DNA from: Reyranella sp.
GTDB taxonomy: Bacteria > Pseudomonadota > Alphaproteobacteria > Reyranellales > Reyranellaceae
Direction: 5' to 3'
DNA: 35,639 nt
Assembly (NCBI GenBank): GCA_035296945.1
Contig: DATGZZ010000074.1
Coordinates: forward strand, 1 to 35,639
The translations under genes and the position numbers were made by a program. The notes under the pieces are model-generated. The model ran no database searches. It worked only from the letters and a program-made list of their open reading frames with translations, and was not told the origin of the DNA. Numbering within the stretch: position 1 is the stretch's first letter; the number at the start of each line of letters is the position of its first letter. Shown piece after piece: positions 1-9,168 of this stretch.

Positions 1-178
1 GCAATGCCGGCGCCAGCGCACCCGCGATGCCGATGCTGATGATGCCGCGCGCGGCGGCCGCCAGGCGCTCGATCTCCGCTTCAAGGCGCGCCTGATCGCC
101 GCCACCCGCCACAACCTCGACGCCGGGGCCGGCGAGAATGCGCCGTTCGCGCTGCAGCCCGGTGACGGCGAGGATCAT
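1..178 (-). CDS. hpnG: Hopanoid-associated phosphorylase HpnG, 5' part only (runs off the left edge)
   Basis: Not in the ORF track. My translation from the ATG at 178 gives MILAVTGLQRERRILAGPGVEVVAGGGDQARLEAEIERLAAAARGIISIGIAGALAPAL, with the N-terminal AVTGL..E and the ISxGIAGAL nucleoside-phosphorylase motif. The ATG overlaps the shc stop (TGATG), the usual hpnG position. Confidence 0.88.
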   Translation of the reverse strand, partial: MILAVTGLQRERRILAGPGVEVVAGGGDQARLEAEIERLAAAARGIISIGIAGALAPAL

Positions 179-2127
179 CACATGCCCCAGGCGACGCGCC
201 GGCTGTTGGCGCGACGCAGGTTGCGATAGCGGGCCAGCGCCCACAGCGGGAAATAGGCCGGATAGCCGTGGTAGCGCAGGTAGAAGACGCGCGGGAAGCC
301 GCCGCCAGTGTAGGCGTCCTGCCGCCACAAGCCGCCCGCATCCTGGGTCCGCCGCAGCCAGGCGATGCCGCGCTCGACGGCGGGATGGTCGACCTCGCCT
401 GCCGCCATCAGCCCGAGAAGTGCCCAGGCGGTCTGCGAGGCGTTGGAGGGAGCGGGTTCATAGCCGCGGTAGTCGAGCTTGTAGCTCGTGCAGTCCTCGC
501 CCCAGCCGCCGTCTTCGTTCTGGATCGCGATCAGCCAGTCGGCGGCCTTGGCGACACTCGGCCTCGTGCCGTCGAAACCCGCGGCGCCGAGCGCGCACAA
601 TGCCGACCATGTGCCGTAGATGTAGTTCACGCCCCAGCGGCCGAACCAGCTGCCGTCCGGCATCTGATCGCGCTCGAGGTAGTCGAGACCGGCGCGCATG
701 ACGGGATTTGCCGGCGTCTCGCCGAGCTGGGCCAGCATGCTGATGCAGCGGGCGCTGACGTCGGCGGTCGGCGGATCGAGCAGCGCGCCATGATCGGCGA
801 ACGGAATGTTGTTGAGGTAGTGATCGACATTGTCGGCATCGAACGCCGCCCAGCCGCCATTGCCGCTTTGCAGGCCCTTGATCCATTCGACGCCGCGCGC
901 GATGGCCTCGTCGTAGGCCTGCCCCGCGCCGGCCCTCCCGTCACCTGATAGCCGCCGCGCGCGGTCCATCGCCATGACGACGACGGCGGTGTCGTCGAGA
1001 TCGGGATAGTGCGGATTGCGATACTGGAACGCCCAGCCGCCGGGACGCACCGCGGGTCGTCGCTCGCTCCAGTCGCCCTTCGCGTCGAGCTCCTGCAACG
1101 GTTTCAGCCAGCGCAGTCCGCCCAGCGCAGCAGCGTCCGCACCGCCGTCCTGGACCTCCAGCATGGCCTGGGCGGCAAGTGCCGTATCCCAGACCGGGGA
1201 AACGCAGGGCTGGCAGTAGGCCTCGTCGTCGCGGACGACCAGCAGGTTGTCGATCGAGTGGCGGGCCGTGGCATAGTCGGGATGATCCGCGGCGTAGCCC
1301 AGCGCGTCGTACATCATCACCGAGTTCGCCATCGCGGGATAGATCGCGCCAAGGCCGTCCTCGCCGTTCAGCCGCTCGGTGACGAAGGCGACGCAGCGAT
1401 CGACGGCGCGTCGGCGCATCTTCTTCGGCCACAGCGGTTCGACCGCTTTCAGCACGCGGTCGAGCGCGTTGAAGAACAACGCCCAGCCGCGATGCTGGTG
1501 CGGCGCCAGTTTGCGTTCGGAGCGGCTCGCCGTGGCGAAGAGCTCCTGGATGCCGACCTGGCGCGGATTGCGCGCGCGCTTGCGCAACGCCGCCAGCACC
1601 AGAAGCGGCACGATGACGGTGCGCGCCCAGTACGACATGCGCGACAGGTGGATGGGAAACCAGCGCGGCAGCAGGATGATCTCGACCGGCATGGTCGGCA
1701 CGTGCGCCCACGAAAGCTGCCCGAACTGGGCCAGCAGGATGCGCGTGAAGACGTTGGCCTGCTCGGCGCCGCCATGCGCCAGGATCGCCTTGCGCGCCTT
1801 CGCCATGTGCGGCGCATCGGGGCTGTCACCGATCATCTTCAGGCAGAAATAGGCCTTCACCGATGCGCTGATGTCGAAGGCACCGTCATGAAACAGTGGC
1901 CAGCCGCCGTGCTCGCCCTGGATGCGGCGCAGGTAGACGCCGATCTTGCGCTCGAGCTCGAGGTCGTCCGGCTCGCCGAGATAATGGCGCAGCAGGACGT
2001 ATTCCGACGGGATCGTGGCGTCGGCTTCCAGTTCGAAGACCCAGTGGCCGTCGTCGCGCTGCCGGCGCGTCAGCGCCTGCGCGGCGCGATCGATGTCTTC
2101 GTCCAGCCCGTGCACAAGCGTCGACAT
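178..2127 (-). CDS. shc: Squalene-hopene cyclase (HpnF)
   Basis: 649 aa. Catalytic DLDDTA (DxDD) motif, SPVWDTAL, multiple QW repeats (QRDDGHW, QSGNGGW, QMPDGSW, QNEDGGW), C-terminal GFPRVFYLRYHGY. Confidence 0.98.
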   Translation of the reverse strand: MSTLVHGLDEDIDRAAQALTRRQRDDGHWVFELEADATIPSEYVLLRHYLGEPDDLELERKIGVYLRRIQGEHGGWPLFHDGAFDISASVKAYFCLKMIGDSPDAPHMAKARKAILAHGGAEQANVFTRILLAQFGQLSWAHVPTMPVEIILLPRWFPIHLSRMSYWARTVIVPLLVLAALRKRARNPRQVGIQELFATASRSERKLAPHQHRGWALFFNALDRVLKAVEPLWPKKMRRRAVDRCVAFVTERLNGEDGLGAIYPAMANSVMMYDALGYAADHPDYATARHSIDNLLVVRDDEAYCQPCVSPVWDTALAAQAMLEVQDGGADAAALGGLRWLKPLQELDAKGDWSERRPAVRPGGWAFQYRNPHYPDLDDTAVVVMAMDRARRLSGDGRAGAGQAYDEAIARGVEWIKGLQSGNGGWAAFDADNVDHYLNNIPFADHGALLDPPTADVSARCISMLAQLGETPANPVMRAGLDYLERDQMPDGSWFGRWGVNYIYGTWSALCALGAAGFDGTRPSVAKAADWLIAIQNEDGGWGEDCTSYKLDYRGYEPAPSNASQTAWALLGLMAAGEVDHPAVERGIAWLRRTQDAGGLWRQDAYTGGGFPRVFYLRYHGYPAYFPLWALARYRNLRRANSRRVAWGM

Positions 2128-2130
2128 GCT

Positions 2131-3372
2131 TCAGGCGCTGCCGCGAACGAGACCGGCGGCCGTGTTGCCCGACCGCAGCGCCCCCTCGATCGTCGCCGGC
2201 AGGCCGGTGTCGGTCCAGTCGCCGGCGAGGAACAGGTTGGCCCACTGGGTGCGCGCCGCCGGCCGGCGCGCGTCCTGCGCGGGGGTCGCGGCGAAGGTGG
2301 CGCGCTTCTCCTTGACGATGCGACAGGGCGGTACCGGCCCCGTCAGATCGTGCACCGCCGAGACGTCGCGCCACAGCAGCAGGGTCAGGTCATCGGTATC
2401 GGTGTCCATGAGATGATCGGCGGCGCTGACGGTGACGGACAGGCGGTCATGAAGGGCAAAGATCCATTCCACCGTGCCGCCGATCACGCCGACCATGGGC
2501 TTGGCATGCGATGGCGGGACGATGCGGAAATGGGCGTTCAGGATGGCGCGGAATGTATCCGGTGCGTCCGTGCCCGGCAGCAACTTCTGGGCGGTCCAGG
2601 GCGGCACCGCCAGGACCACGCAGTCCTCCGCACCCACCGTCTCGTCCCCCTCGTCGAAGGCCAACCCGACCGCCCGTCCGTCGGCGAACCTGACGGCGCG
2701 CAGCGAGCGGCCCAGCCGGATGTCCGCGCCGGCGCCGCGCAACCGATCGATTGCCGGATCGACGAAGGCGGCGGCGAGACTCGGCGAGGCGACGAGCGGC
2801 TCCATGTGCCGTCCGCCCTTGGCCAGGGTTTCCCGCACGATGGCGCCGGCGAGGTCGGCCGAGGCCTCCTCCGGCGCGGTGTTCAAGGCCGACAACAGTA
2901 CCGGCCGCAGGAACTTCTCCCACAGGACGGTGTCACGGCGAACGATCTCGCCGATACGGCGTCCCGGATGGCGCCTCATCAGGGTCAGCAGGACGAGATA
3001 GTCGCGTACGGACGTGCCCGGCACGCGGCGGGCCGCATCGAAGATCCACCACGGCACCGGTCCGTCGTCCGGGCGCAGCGTCCAGCGCCGGCCCAGTTGA
3101 AAATCCACGAAGTGGAACTCCGCACGACCGGGGCCCACGAGCCTGTCTCGCGCACCGATGTCGCGCAGGTAGCGATCGACCGCCCCGTTGCCCGACAGGA
3201 CGAGGTGATTGCCGTTGTCGATCGTCATGTCGAGCAGGCTGTCATGGTAGGAGCGGCACCGGCCGCCGGCCTGCTTGGCTGCCTCGGACACGACGACGCG
3301 CACGCCGCGGCCGGCCAGCGCGACGGCGGCCGACAGCCCGGCCAGCCCGGCGCCGATGACATGAACGGTCAT
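2131..3372 (-). CDS. hpnE: Hydroxysqualene dehydroxylase HpnE (FAD-dependent)
   Basis: VIGAGLAGL FAD-binding start, GGRCRS, IDNGNHL, and C-terminal LAGDWTDTGLPATIEGA. Lies between hpnD and shc. Confidence 0.95.
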   Translation of the reverse strand: MTVHVIGAGLAGLSAAVALAGRGVRVVVSEAAKQAGGRCRSYHDSLLDMTIDNGNHLVLSGNGAVDRYLRDIGARDRLVGPGRAEFHFVDFQLGRRWTLRPDDGPVPWWIFDAARRVPGTSVRDYLVLLTLMRRHPGRRIGEIVRRDTVLWEKFLRPVLLSALNTAPEEASADLAGAIVRETLAKGGRHMEPLVASPSLAAAFVDPAIDRLRGAGADIRLGRSLRAVRFADGRAVGLAFDEGDETVGAEDCVVLAVPPWTAQKLLPGTDAPDTFRAILNAHFRIVPPSHAKPMVGVIGGTVEWIFALHDRLSVTVSAADHLMDTDTDDLTLLLWRDVSAVHDLTGPVPPCRIVKEKRATFAATPAQDARRPAARTQWANLFLAGDWTDTGLPATIEGALRSGNTAAGLVRGSA

Positions 3373-4211
3373 CCGGACACGCTGCAGCGGGCGATCAGAT
3401 AGAGAAGATGGGGCTTGCCGAGACGAACGCGCCGGCGCGGCGCCGCCCAGCCCTCGGCCAGCATGCGATCGAGCAGGGCGCGATAGACGGCCGCCATCAG
3501 CCGCGGCGCCAGCAGGCGGCCGCGCGGCCTGGACCGCAGCACGCGATCGGCCGCCGCGAAATGATCGAGCGCCTGCGCGGCCACAGCCCGGCAGGCCTGA
3601 TCGACGCGCGCATCGCCGATGACGGCGCCGGGATCGGTGCTCTCGATCCCCGCCTGCAGCAGAAGCTCGCGCGGCAGGTAAAGGCGGCCGATCTCGGCAT
3701 CCTCGTCGAGGTCGCGCAGGATGTTGGTGAGCTGCAGCGCGCGCCCGAGCTGATGCGCCAGTTCACTGCCGGGAGCCTCCTCCATGCCGAAGACTCGGGT
3801 GGAGAGACGGCCGACCGCGACGGCGACGCGGTCGCAATAGAGGCCGAGCGTCGCGAGATCGGGCGCGCGGATGTCGGCGGCGACGTCCATTTCCATGCCG
3901 TCGATCACGGCGAGGAAATCGGCCTGTCTCAGGCCGAAGGCCTGCACCGGTCCCTGGAGGAAGCTCGCCTGGCCGGCCGGCCGGCCGCCGTACAGCGCAT
4001 CGAGGTCGCGGCGCCATTCCGCCAGCGCTGCGGCGCGGGCCGGGCGCGGCCGCGTGCCGTCGTCGGCGATATCGTCGACCAGCCGGCAGAACATGTAGAC
4101 CGCGAACATCGCCTCGCGCTCGACCTTCGGCATGAGGCGCATGGCGGTGTAGAACGAGCTGCCGGAAATGCGCGCCCGGTACTCGCCGACATCGGACGGA
4201 GCGGCGGTCAT
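3369..4211 (-). CDS. hpnD: Presqualene diphosphate synthase HpnD
   Basis: SGSSFYTAM, FCRLVDDIADD and QLTNILRDLDED isoprenoid-synthase motifs. ATGA overlaps with both neighbours. Confidence 0.95.
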   Translation of the reverse strand: MTAAPSDVGEYRARISGSSFYTAMRLMPKVEREAMFAVYMFCRLVDDIADDGTRPRPARAAALAEWRRDLDALYGGRPAGQASFLQGPVQAFGLRQADFLAVIDGMEMDVAADIRAPDLATLGLYCDRVAVAVGRLSTRVFGMEEAPGSELAHQLGRALQLTNILRDLDEDAEIGRLYLPRELLLQAGIESTDPGAVIGDARVDQACRAVAAQALDHFAAADRVLRSRPRGRLLAPRLMAAVYRALLDRMLAEGWAAPRRRVRLGKPHLLYLIARCSVSG

Positions 4212-5095
4212 CGTCGACTGCCGCGCAGACCGGGTTGACGGGAAGCGGCCTTCCGGCCGAGCCGCCTGAGCGCCACGCCAAGGCCGCCGCGCAAGGCGAG
4301 CCCGGCGGCCTCGATCTTGCGATGGTGGACGCGCTCAGACAGCGGGTCGTGACGCTCGAGACGCTGCACAAGGCTCTCGGCCAGCGCCTGGATGACGCCG
4401 ACTTCCAGCGCCAGCCGCCGATCGGCGATGCCATCGGCGAACGGCCGCGATTGATCGAGCAGTGCGCCGGTCCGGCGCGCGAGAGCCGCGATGACGTCCC
4501 GCAGCGCCGGCGATGCCCGCGGATCGGCGAGCGATTCCACTCCCAGCCCGGCGGCCCTCAGCCCGTCGAGGGGAACGTATACACGATCGAGCTGGCGGTA
4601 ATCCTTGGCGCAGTCCTGCAAATGGTTGATCACCTGCAGCGCATTGCACAGCGCGTCGTTGAGCGGCCACAGGGCCGTCGATTCGCCATGCAGATCGAGG
4701 ACGAACCGGCCGACCGGCGACGCCGAATAGCGGCAGTAGTCCATCAGCTCGACCCAGTCCGAATAACGTCGCTTGGTGACATCCCGGCGGAAGGCTTCCA
4801 GGAGATCGAGCGCGTGGCGGTCGGTCAGGCCTCTCGCCTGCAGAGCCACGCGCAGCCTTTCGCCTTCGGCGCTGGTGCCGGTCTCGCCGCGCAAGCCCGC
4901 CTCGAGGCGTTCGAGCTCGGCCAGCTTGCGGTCTGGCGAGGCGGATTCGTGGTCGGCGACATCGTCGGCCGCGCGCGCGAAGCGGTAGAAGGCGAGGATC
5001 GTCGGCCGCAACTCGGCGCGCACCAGCCGCGAGGCCACCGGGAAATTCTCGTCCCGATGCCCCTTGCCGGAGGCGAAGTCATTCGCGCCGGTCAC
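4208..5095 (-). CDS. hpnC: Hydroxysqualene synthase HpnC
   Basis: SGKGHRDENFPVAS, ARAADDVAD, LQVINHLQDCAKD. Start reassigned to the GTG at 5095, which overlaps the hpnB stop (GTGA). The track's 5533 start lies deep inside hpnB. Confidence 0.93.
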   Translation of the reverse strand: MTGANDFASGKGHRDENFPVASRLVRAELRPTILAFYRFARAADDVADHESASPDRKLAELERLEAGLRGETGTSAEGERLRVALQARGLTDRHALDLLEAFRRDVTKRRYSDWVELMDYCRYSASPVGRFVLDLHGESTALWPLNDALCNALQVINHLQDCAKDYRQLDRVYVPLDGLRAAGLGVESLADPRASPALRDVIAALARRTGALLDQSRPFADGIADRRLALEVGVIQALAESLVQRLERHDPLSERVHHRKIEAAGLALRGGLGVALRRLGRKAASRQPGLRGSRR

Positions 5096-6240
5096 GAGTC
5101 TCCTGCCATGGCCTGGACGCGGCCCTTCCACAGGCCGCCGCGCCCGCGCCAGAAGTCGATCGCCGATTGTACGGTGAAGAAGGCATAGACGGCGCCGATG
5201 GCAGGGAGTGCCAACCCCCAGAGCGGAGACCGGCGGTAGAAGCGCACCATCGGCTGGAAGCTGATGGCCATCACCAGCCAGGCGGACAATCCCAGCCAGC
5301 GGGCCGGCCCGTCGGACAGCAGCGCGAGCAGCGGCGGCGCGACGTAGACCAGCCCCATGGCGGCGATAGTGCCGGCAAGCGCCAAGGGCGAGTAGCCGAG
5401 CTGAGCGTAGGCCGAACGCGAAATCATGTGGCCGATCTTCAGGAAGCCGCCGTAGGGCCGCAAGCTCTTGGCCCGTCGCGTGAGGCCGAGCCAGATCGGG
5501 CCCTGGCCCTTGAGGCGACGCCCCAGCGCACAATCGTCGATGATTTCAGACCTGATGGCCGGGATGCCGCCGGCGCGCTCCAGCGCATCGCGCCGCACCA
5601 GGGTGCAGCCGCCGGCGGCAGCGGCTGTCGCACGATCGCGCTGCGCGACCCAGGCGAACGGATACAGCATCTGGAAGAAATAGACGAAGGCGGGAATGAG
5701 GAACCGCTCGGCCCGGGTCGCGCAGGACAGCTCGGCCATCTGCGAGACCTGGACGCGGCCATCCAACTCGGAACGGGCAACCAGGCGGCTGAGGTTGTCG
5801 GGCGCATGGCCAATGTCGGCATCGGTCAGCAGGAAATAGTCGATGGCATCGCCGGTGGCCATGGCATGACGAATGCCCTGCTCCAGCGCCCACAGCTTGC
5901 CCGTCCAACCGGCCGGCAAATCCGTCCCGGAAACCACATCGAGACGTCGTCCGCTCCGGATTGCCTTCGCGACAGCAGACGTGCCGTCGGTACTGCCGTC
6001 GTCGACGAGAACGACGCGGAACGGCCCGACATAGTCCTGGGCGAGCAGGCTGCCGATGGATCGTGCAATGACGTCGGCTTCGTTTCGGGCAGGAACGACC
6101 GCCACGACGGCGGGCCGTCGTAGCGGAGCGGCAAGCAGGTCGTCATCGCGCTCGCGCGCCAGCCAATAGCCGCCGCGCGCGACAAGCAGGTAGAGCCACA
6201 CCGCGAGGCAAAGCAGTCCGATGCCAGGCCACAGAGTCAT
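5092..6240 (-). CDS. hpnB: Hopanoid biosynthesis-associated glycosyltransferase HpnB (GT2)
   Basis: N-terminal TM helix, VVPARNEA, VDDGSTDGT, GWTGKLWA, LLTDAD, IIDDCAL and C-terminal WKGR. Lies between hpnA and hpnC. Confidence 0.92.
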   Translation of the reverse strand: MTLWPGIGLLCLAVWLYLLVARGGYWLARERDDDLLAAPLRRPAVVAVVPARNEADVIARSIGSLLAQDYVGPFRVVLVDDGSTDGTSAVAKAIRSGRRLDVVSGTDLPAGWTGKLWALEQGIRHAMATGDAIDYFLLTDADIGHAPDNLSRLVARSELDGRVQVSQMAELSCATRAERFLIPAFVYFFQMLYPFAWVAQRDRATAAAAGGCTLVRRDALERAGGIPAIRSEIIDDCALGRRLKGQGPIWLGLTRRAKSLRPYGGFLKIGHMISRSAYAQLGYSPLALAGTIAAMGLVYVAPPLLALLSDGPARWLGLSAWLVMAISFQPMVRFYRRSPLWGLALPAIGAVYAFFTVQSAIDFWRGRGGLWKGRVQAMAGDS

Positions 6241-7250
6241 GTCAGGTAACCGGCGGTACGGAACCAGCCCAGCGCGTCGACAACGCCTTCCCGGTAGGAC
6301 CGACTGCGATAGCCGAGCTCGCGCTCGGCCTTGGCAGAGGTGAAGAACATGCGATAGCGCGACATGCGCAACCCATCGAGAGTGAGCAGCGGCTCCTTGC
6401 CGGTGAAATGCGCCAGACGCTCGGCGGCGAAGGCCAGCGGCATCAATGGCGCGCGCGGCAGCCTGAATCGCGGCGCCTTGCGGCCGGCCAGCTCGGCGAT
6501 TGTCTCGAGCAGCTGCCGCAGCGTCAGGTTCTCGCCACCCAGGATGTAGCGTTCGCCGATTTGACCCTTTTCGAAGGCCAGCAAATGGCCGGCGGCGACG
6601 TCGTCGACATGGACGAAGTTCAATCCCGTGTCGACGAAGGCCGGGATGCGGCCGCGCGCGGCGTCGAGCAGAATGCGACCCGTGGGTGTCGGCCGGATGT
6701 CGCGTGGCCCGATGGGAGTCGTGGGACTGACGATGATGGCGGGCAGGCCCTCGCGCAGGATCATGTCCTCGACAGCGCGCTCGGCCATGGTCTTGCTGCG
6801 CTTGTAAGCGCCGATCGCCTCATCGGGCGAAAGCATTGCCGTCTCGTCGACCGGCGTCGAGGCGCCCGCCACGCGGAGCGTGGCAACACTGCTCGTATAG
6901 ACGATGCGTTCAACGCCGGCGGCCAGCGCCTCGCGCTTGAGGTTCAGCGTTCCCTCGACGTTGGCGCGGATGATCTCCGAGGGATCGCGTGCCCACAGGC
7001 GATAGTCCGCCGCGACATGGAACAGGTAGCGCACGCCCTTCAGCGCCGCCTTCAGCGTTTCGCGATCGGTGAGGTCGCCGACCACGACCTCACAGTCCAG
7101 GCCGCGGAAATTATCGCGCGGACTAGAAGCGCGCACGAGCGCACGGACGCGCACGCCGCGCTCGATCAGGGCGCGCACGACGGCCGATCCCAAAAAGCCC
7201 GATCCGCCGGTGACAAGGGTCAAATCGCCCGGCCGCAAGGTTGCATTCAT
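6237..7250 (-). CDS. hpnA: Hopanoid-associated sugar epimerase / extended SDR HpnA
   Basis: TGGSGFLG, FHVAADYRLW, YKRSK (YxxxK), PIGPRDIRPTPTG, VDTGLNFVHVDDVA. Confidence 0.93.
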   Translation of the reverse strand: MNATLRPGDLTLVTGGSGFLGSAVVRALIERGVRVRALVRASSPRDNFRGLDCEVVVGDLTDRETLKAALKGVRYLFHVAADYRLWARDPSEIIRANVEGTLNLKREALAAGVERIVYTSSVATLRVAGASTPVDETAMLSPDEAIGAYKRSKTMAERAVEDMILREGLPAIIVSPTTPIGPRDIRPTPTGRILLDAARGRIPAFVDTGLNFVHVDDVAAGHLLAFEKGQIGERYILGGENLTLRQLLETIAELAGRKAPRFRLPRAPLMPLAFAAERLAHFTGKEPLLTLDGLRMSRYRMFFTSAKAERELGYRSRSYREGVVDALGWFRTAGYLT

Positions 7251-7331
7251 TGTCGATACCTTCGGCGCCGCGAAGTCGGCTGAAGTATGACGATATCCGG
7301 CGATTTCGCAATTCGCCGACGGATGCCTGCT

Positions 7332-8360
7332 TCAGCGCTTTTGGCCCGGCCAGAGTTTGCCGACAGCGAGCACAAAACGCGCCAGCGACGGGATGCGGGT
7401 TGGCCGGCAGAGCCGCGGGTCGTAGCCGGCCAGTCGCCGGTCGTTCTCCTGCAGGCAGACTTGCATGAGGTCGAGGAAGCCGATCTTGATCGGCGTCACC
7501 GCCTGGGCGCCCGTCACCGTGAAGTTGCTGTCCTGATGCGAGACTTTCGTGTTGGTGCCCACGCTGCGCGCAAGCCCGATGCGCAGACCTGCGATGTAAA
7601 CCCAGGCCGCAGCGATACGCAGCTCGAACCGGATGCGAGCCCACCAACGGAGGCTGGCGCGGCGCCATGCCAGCCAGTTGGCGAAGAACAGGATGTGCCG
7701 GCATTCCTCCTGGATGACCGGCTCGAACGTCTCGACGAGCCCTGCCGGAAAGAAACCCGATCGCTTGGCCAGCGCGAAAAGCCCGAAGGCAAAGAAGCTG
7801 TCGATCGATTCCGAATAGCCCGTGACAAGAAAAGCCAGTTCCCGATCTCGCGGTGGCAGGTACGGCGGTTCCTCGGCCAGCTCGATGCCGTAGGCGCGCA
7901 CCATGTGCGAGAGGACCTCCTTGTGGCGGTGCTCTTCCCACGCATTCAGCATGATGGCCGACCGTATCTCGGCATCGTCGAGCGAATTGGCGTAGGCGGC
8001 AAAGCTGAGGCGCGCCCGGCCCTCCGTCTGCACGGCGATGTCCCAGATGGGCAGCGATCGCAAACGCTGCAACTCGTCAGGGCTCAGGGTCGGCCAGGCG
8101 ATCACCGAAGGGCGATACGGGTTGAACGTTTCCTGGAACATCGCACAGATGGCCCGCTTGTGGGCCGCGGAACCGGGATCGAGGGCGTCCGGCTCGACGC
8201 TTGTCCAATGCCGCGCCATCCGGTCGGCTGCCTCGACATTCGACGGTGTGGTTGGACGTCTGCCGGCTCCGGGCGGAACGAAATGCAGCACCAGTTCTGC
8301 AAGGAGTCGCGCATCGCCACCGGCGAGGATATCGCCTGCATTCGGCTTCGTCGCTGTCAT
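7332..8360 (-). CDS. Ferritin-like (diiron carboxylate) protein of unknown function
   Basis: Ligand pattern E...ExxH...E...ExxH: QTEGRA, WEEHRH, YSESID, QEECRH. Start placed at the ATG at 8360 (MTATKP); upstream alternatives exist. Co-oriented with hpnA and 81 bp upstream of it. Confidence 0.8.
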   Translation of the reverse strand: MTATKPNAGDILAGGDARLLAELVLHFVPPGAGRRPTTPSNVEAADRMARHWTSVEPDALDPGSAAHKRAICAMFQETFNPYRPSVIAWPTLSPDELQRLRSLPIWDIAVQTEGRARLSFAAYANSLDDAEIRSAIMLNAWEEHRHKEVLSHMVRAYGIELAEEPPYLPPRDRELAFLVTGYSESIDSFFAFGLFALAKRSGFFPAGLVETFEPVIQEECRHILFFANWLAWRRASLRWWARIRFELRIAAAWVYIAGLRIGLARSVGTNTKVSHQDSNFTVTGAQAVTPIKIGFLDLMQVCLQENDRRLAGYDPRLCRPTRIPSLARFVLAVGKLWPGQKR

Positions 8361-8607
8361 GAAAGCGCGTGGCCCCCGCTTCGAAATCGAACTGGACACT
8401 ACCCGTTGAGCAGCCGTCTGGCACCACACCTGGCTGCAGCATAAAGCCCCAGCGCAGGACCGACGACGTTACCAACCGCGTACGGCCAAAGCACCGCGAA
8501 GCCGGAGATCTACTGATGCCGCCGACTGAACCGATGCGGAGCCGGCACAGCCGATAGCAGGTTCAGCCGTCGCGTCGCCAGCGACATGCCGGCAACGCCC
8601 TGCAATC

Positions 8608-9039
8608 TCACGCCGCCTTGCGTCGGGGACGCCCGCCCTTGCGGCCGTTGGCGCGAGCGGCGGCGGCCTTGGCCGGTGACTTCGATCGCCCCGCGCGGCG
8701 CGCGAGCTCGGACGTCATCCAGGCGCGTGTGCCGAACACGCCCATCAGCAATCCAGGCACGGTGAAGTCGGCATCGAGCTTCGACCAGTGCAGGGCATGG
8801 CCCTGCCCCAGGATCTCGACGTCGGCCAGCGCGGCATCGCTGGCCCGCGCCATGCCCTGCAAGGCGCGCGGCGGAAAGACGAAGCTGCAGCCGTTGGTCA
8901 GCTCTACGACCATGCGCCGCGTGCGACGGTCATAGCGCGCGCTGGCCGCCTGCGGTTCACCGCGCGTGAGCCGGCGGCCGCGCTCGAGGGCGCCGTCGAT
9001 CTCCTTGTCCATCTCCGCCTTCGACCATCCGCTTGCCAT
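8608..9039 (-). CDS. DUF2442-family antitoxin (DhiA-like) with basic C-terminal tail
   Basis: A.SARYD...VVELTNG...FP...LQGM......L..VEI...G.ALHW..LDADFTVPGLL.G.FG, followed by SPAKAAAARANGRKGGRPRRKAA. SD GAGGAG 7 nt upstream of the ATG. Confidence 0.85.
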   Translation of the reverse strand: MASGWSKAEMDKEIDGALERGRRLTRGEPQAASARYDRRTRRMVVELTNGCSFVFPPRALQGMARASDAALADVEILGQGHALHWSKLDADFTVPGLLMGVFGTRAWMTSELARRAGRSKSPAKAAAARANGRKGGRPRRKAA

Positions 9040-9043
9040 TTTC

Positions 9044-9139
9044 TCACTCCTCTTCCTCGCCGTCGGCGCCGTGCGGCGGACCGTGATCGTCGGGAAAGAC
9101 TACGAAGCGCAGGCTTCCGGCGCGGTGGACGGTCGGCAT
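9044..9139 (-). pseudogene. Truncated DUF4160-family (DhiT/HicA-like) toxin remnant, 31 aa
   Basis: Not in the ORF track. Reads MPTVHRAGSLRFVVFPDDHGPPHGADGEEEE*. The start matches the DUF4160 N-terminus (MPTV.R.G.LR....P.DH.P.H), but the ORF stops far short of a normal family length. It sits directly upstream of DUF2442, the usual partner position. Confidence 0.8.
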
Positions 9140-9145
9140 GCGAAA

Positions 9146-9168
9146 AATAACCCATCTGATGGGTTATT
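9146..9168. promoter_or_regulatory. Palindromic operator overlapping the putative TA promoter
   Basis: Perfect 11-bp inverted repeat AATAACCCATC-T-GATGGGTTATT. On the minus strand it lies between TTGAAT (9171-9166) and TATTTT (9149-9144), just upstream of the toxin-remnant ATG. Confidence 0.75.

Noticed and set aside
1009-3402. 797-aa ORF antisense to shc/hpnE, and similar long antisense ORFs throughout
   Set aside because: Mirror frames of well-supported genes; R/G/A-rich with no motifs.
5092-8360. Impression of lower GC in hpnB-hpnA-diiron genes than in hpnC-shc (mosaic operon)
   Set aside because: Based on a few hand-counted lines only. It needs a sliding-window GC3 calculation before any claim.
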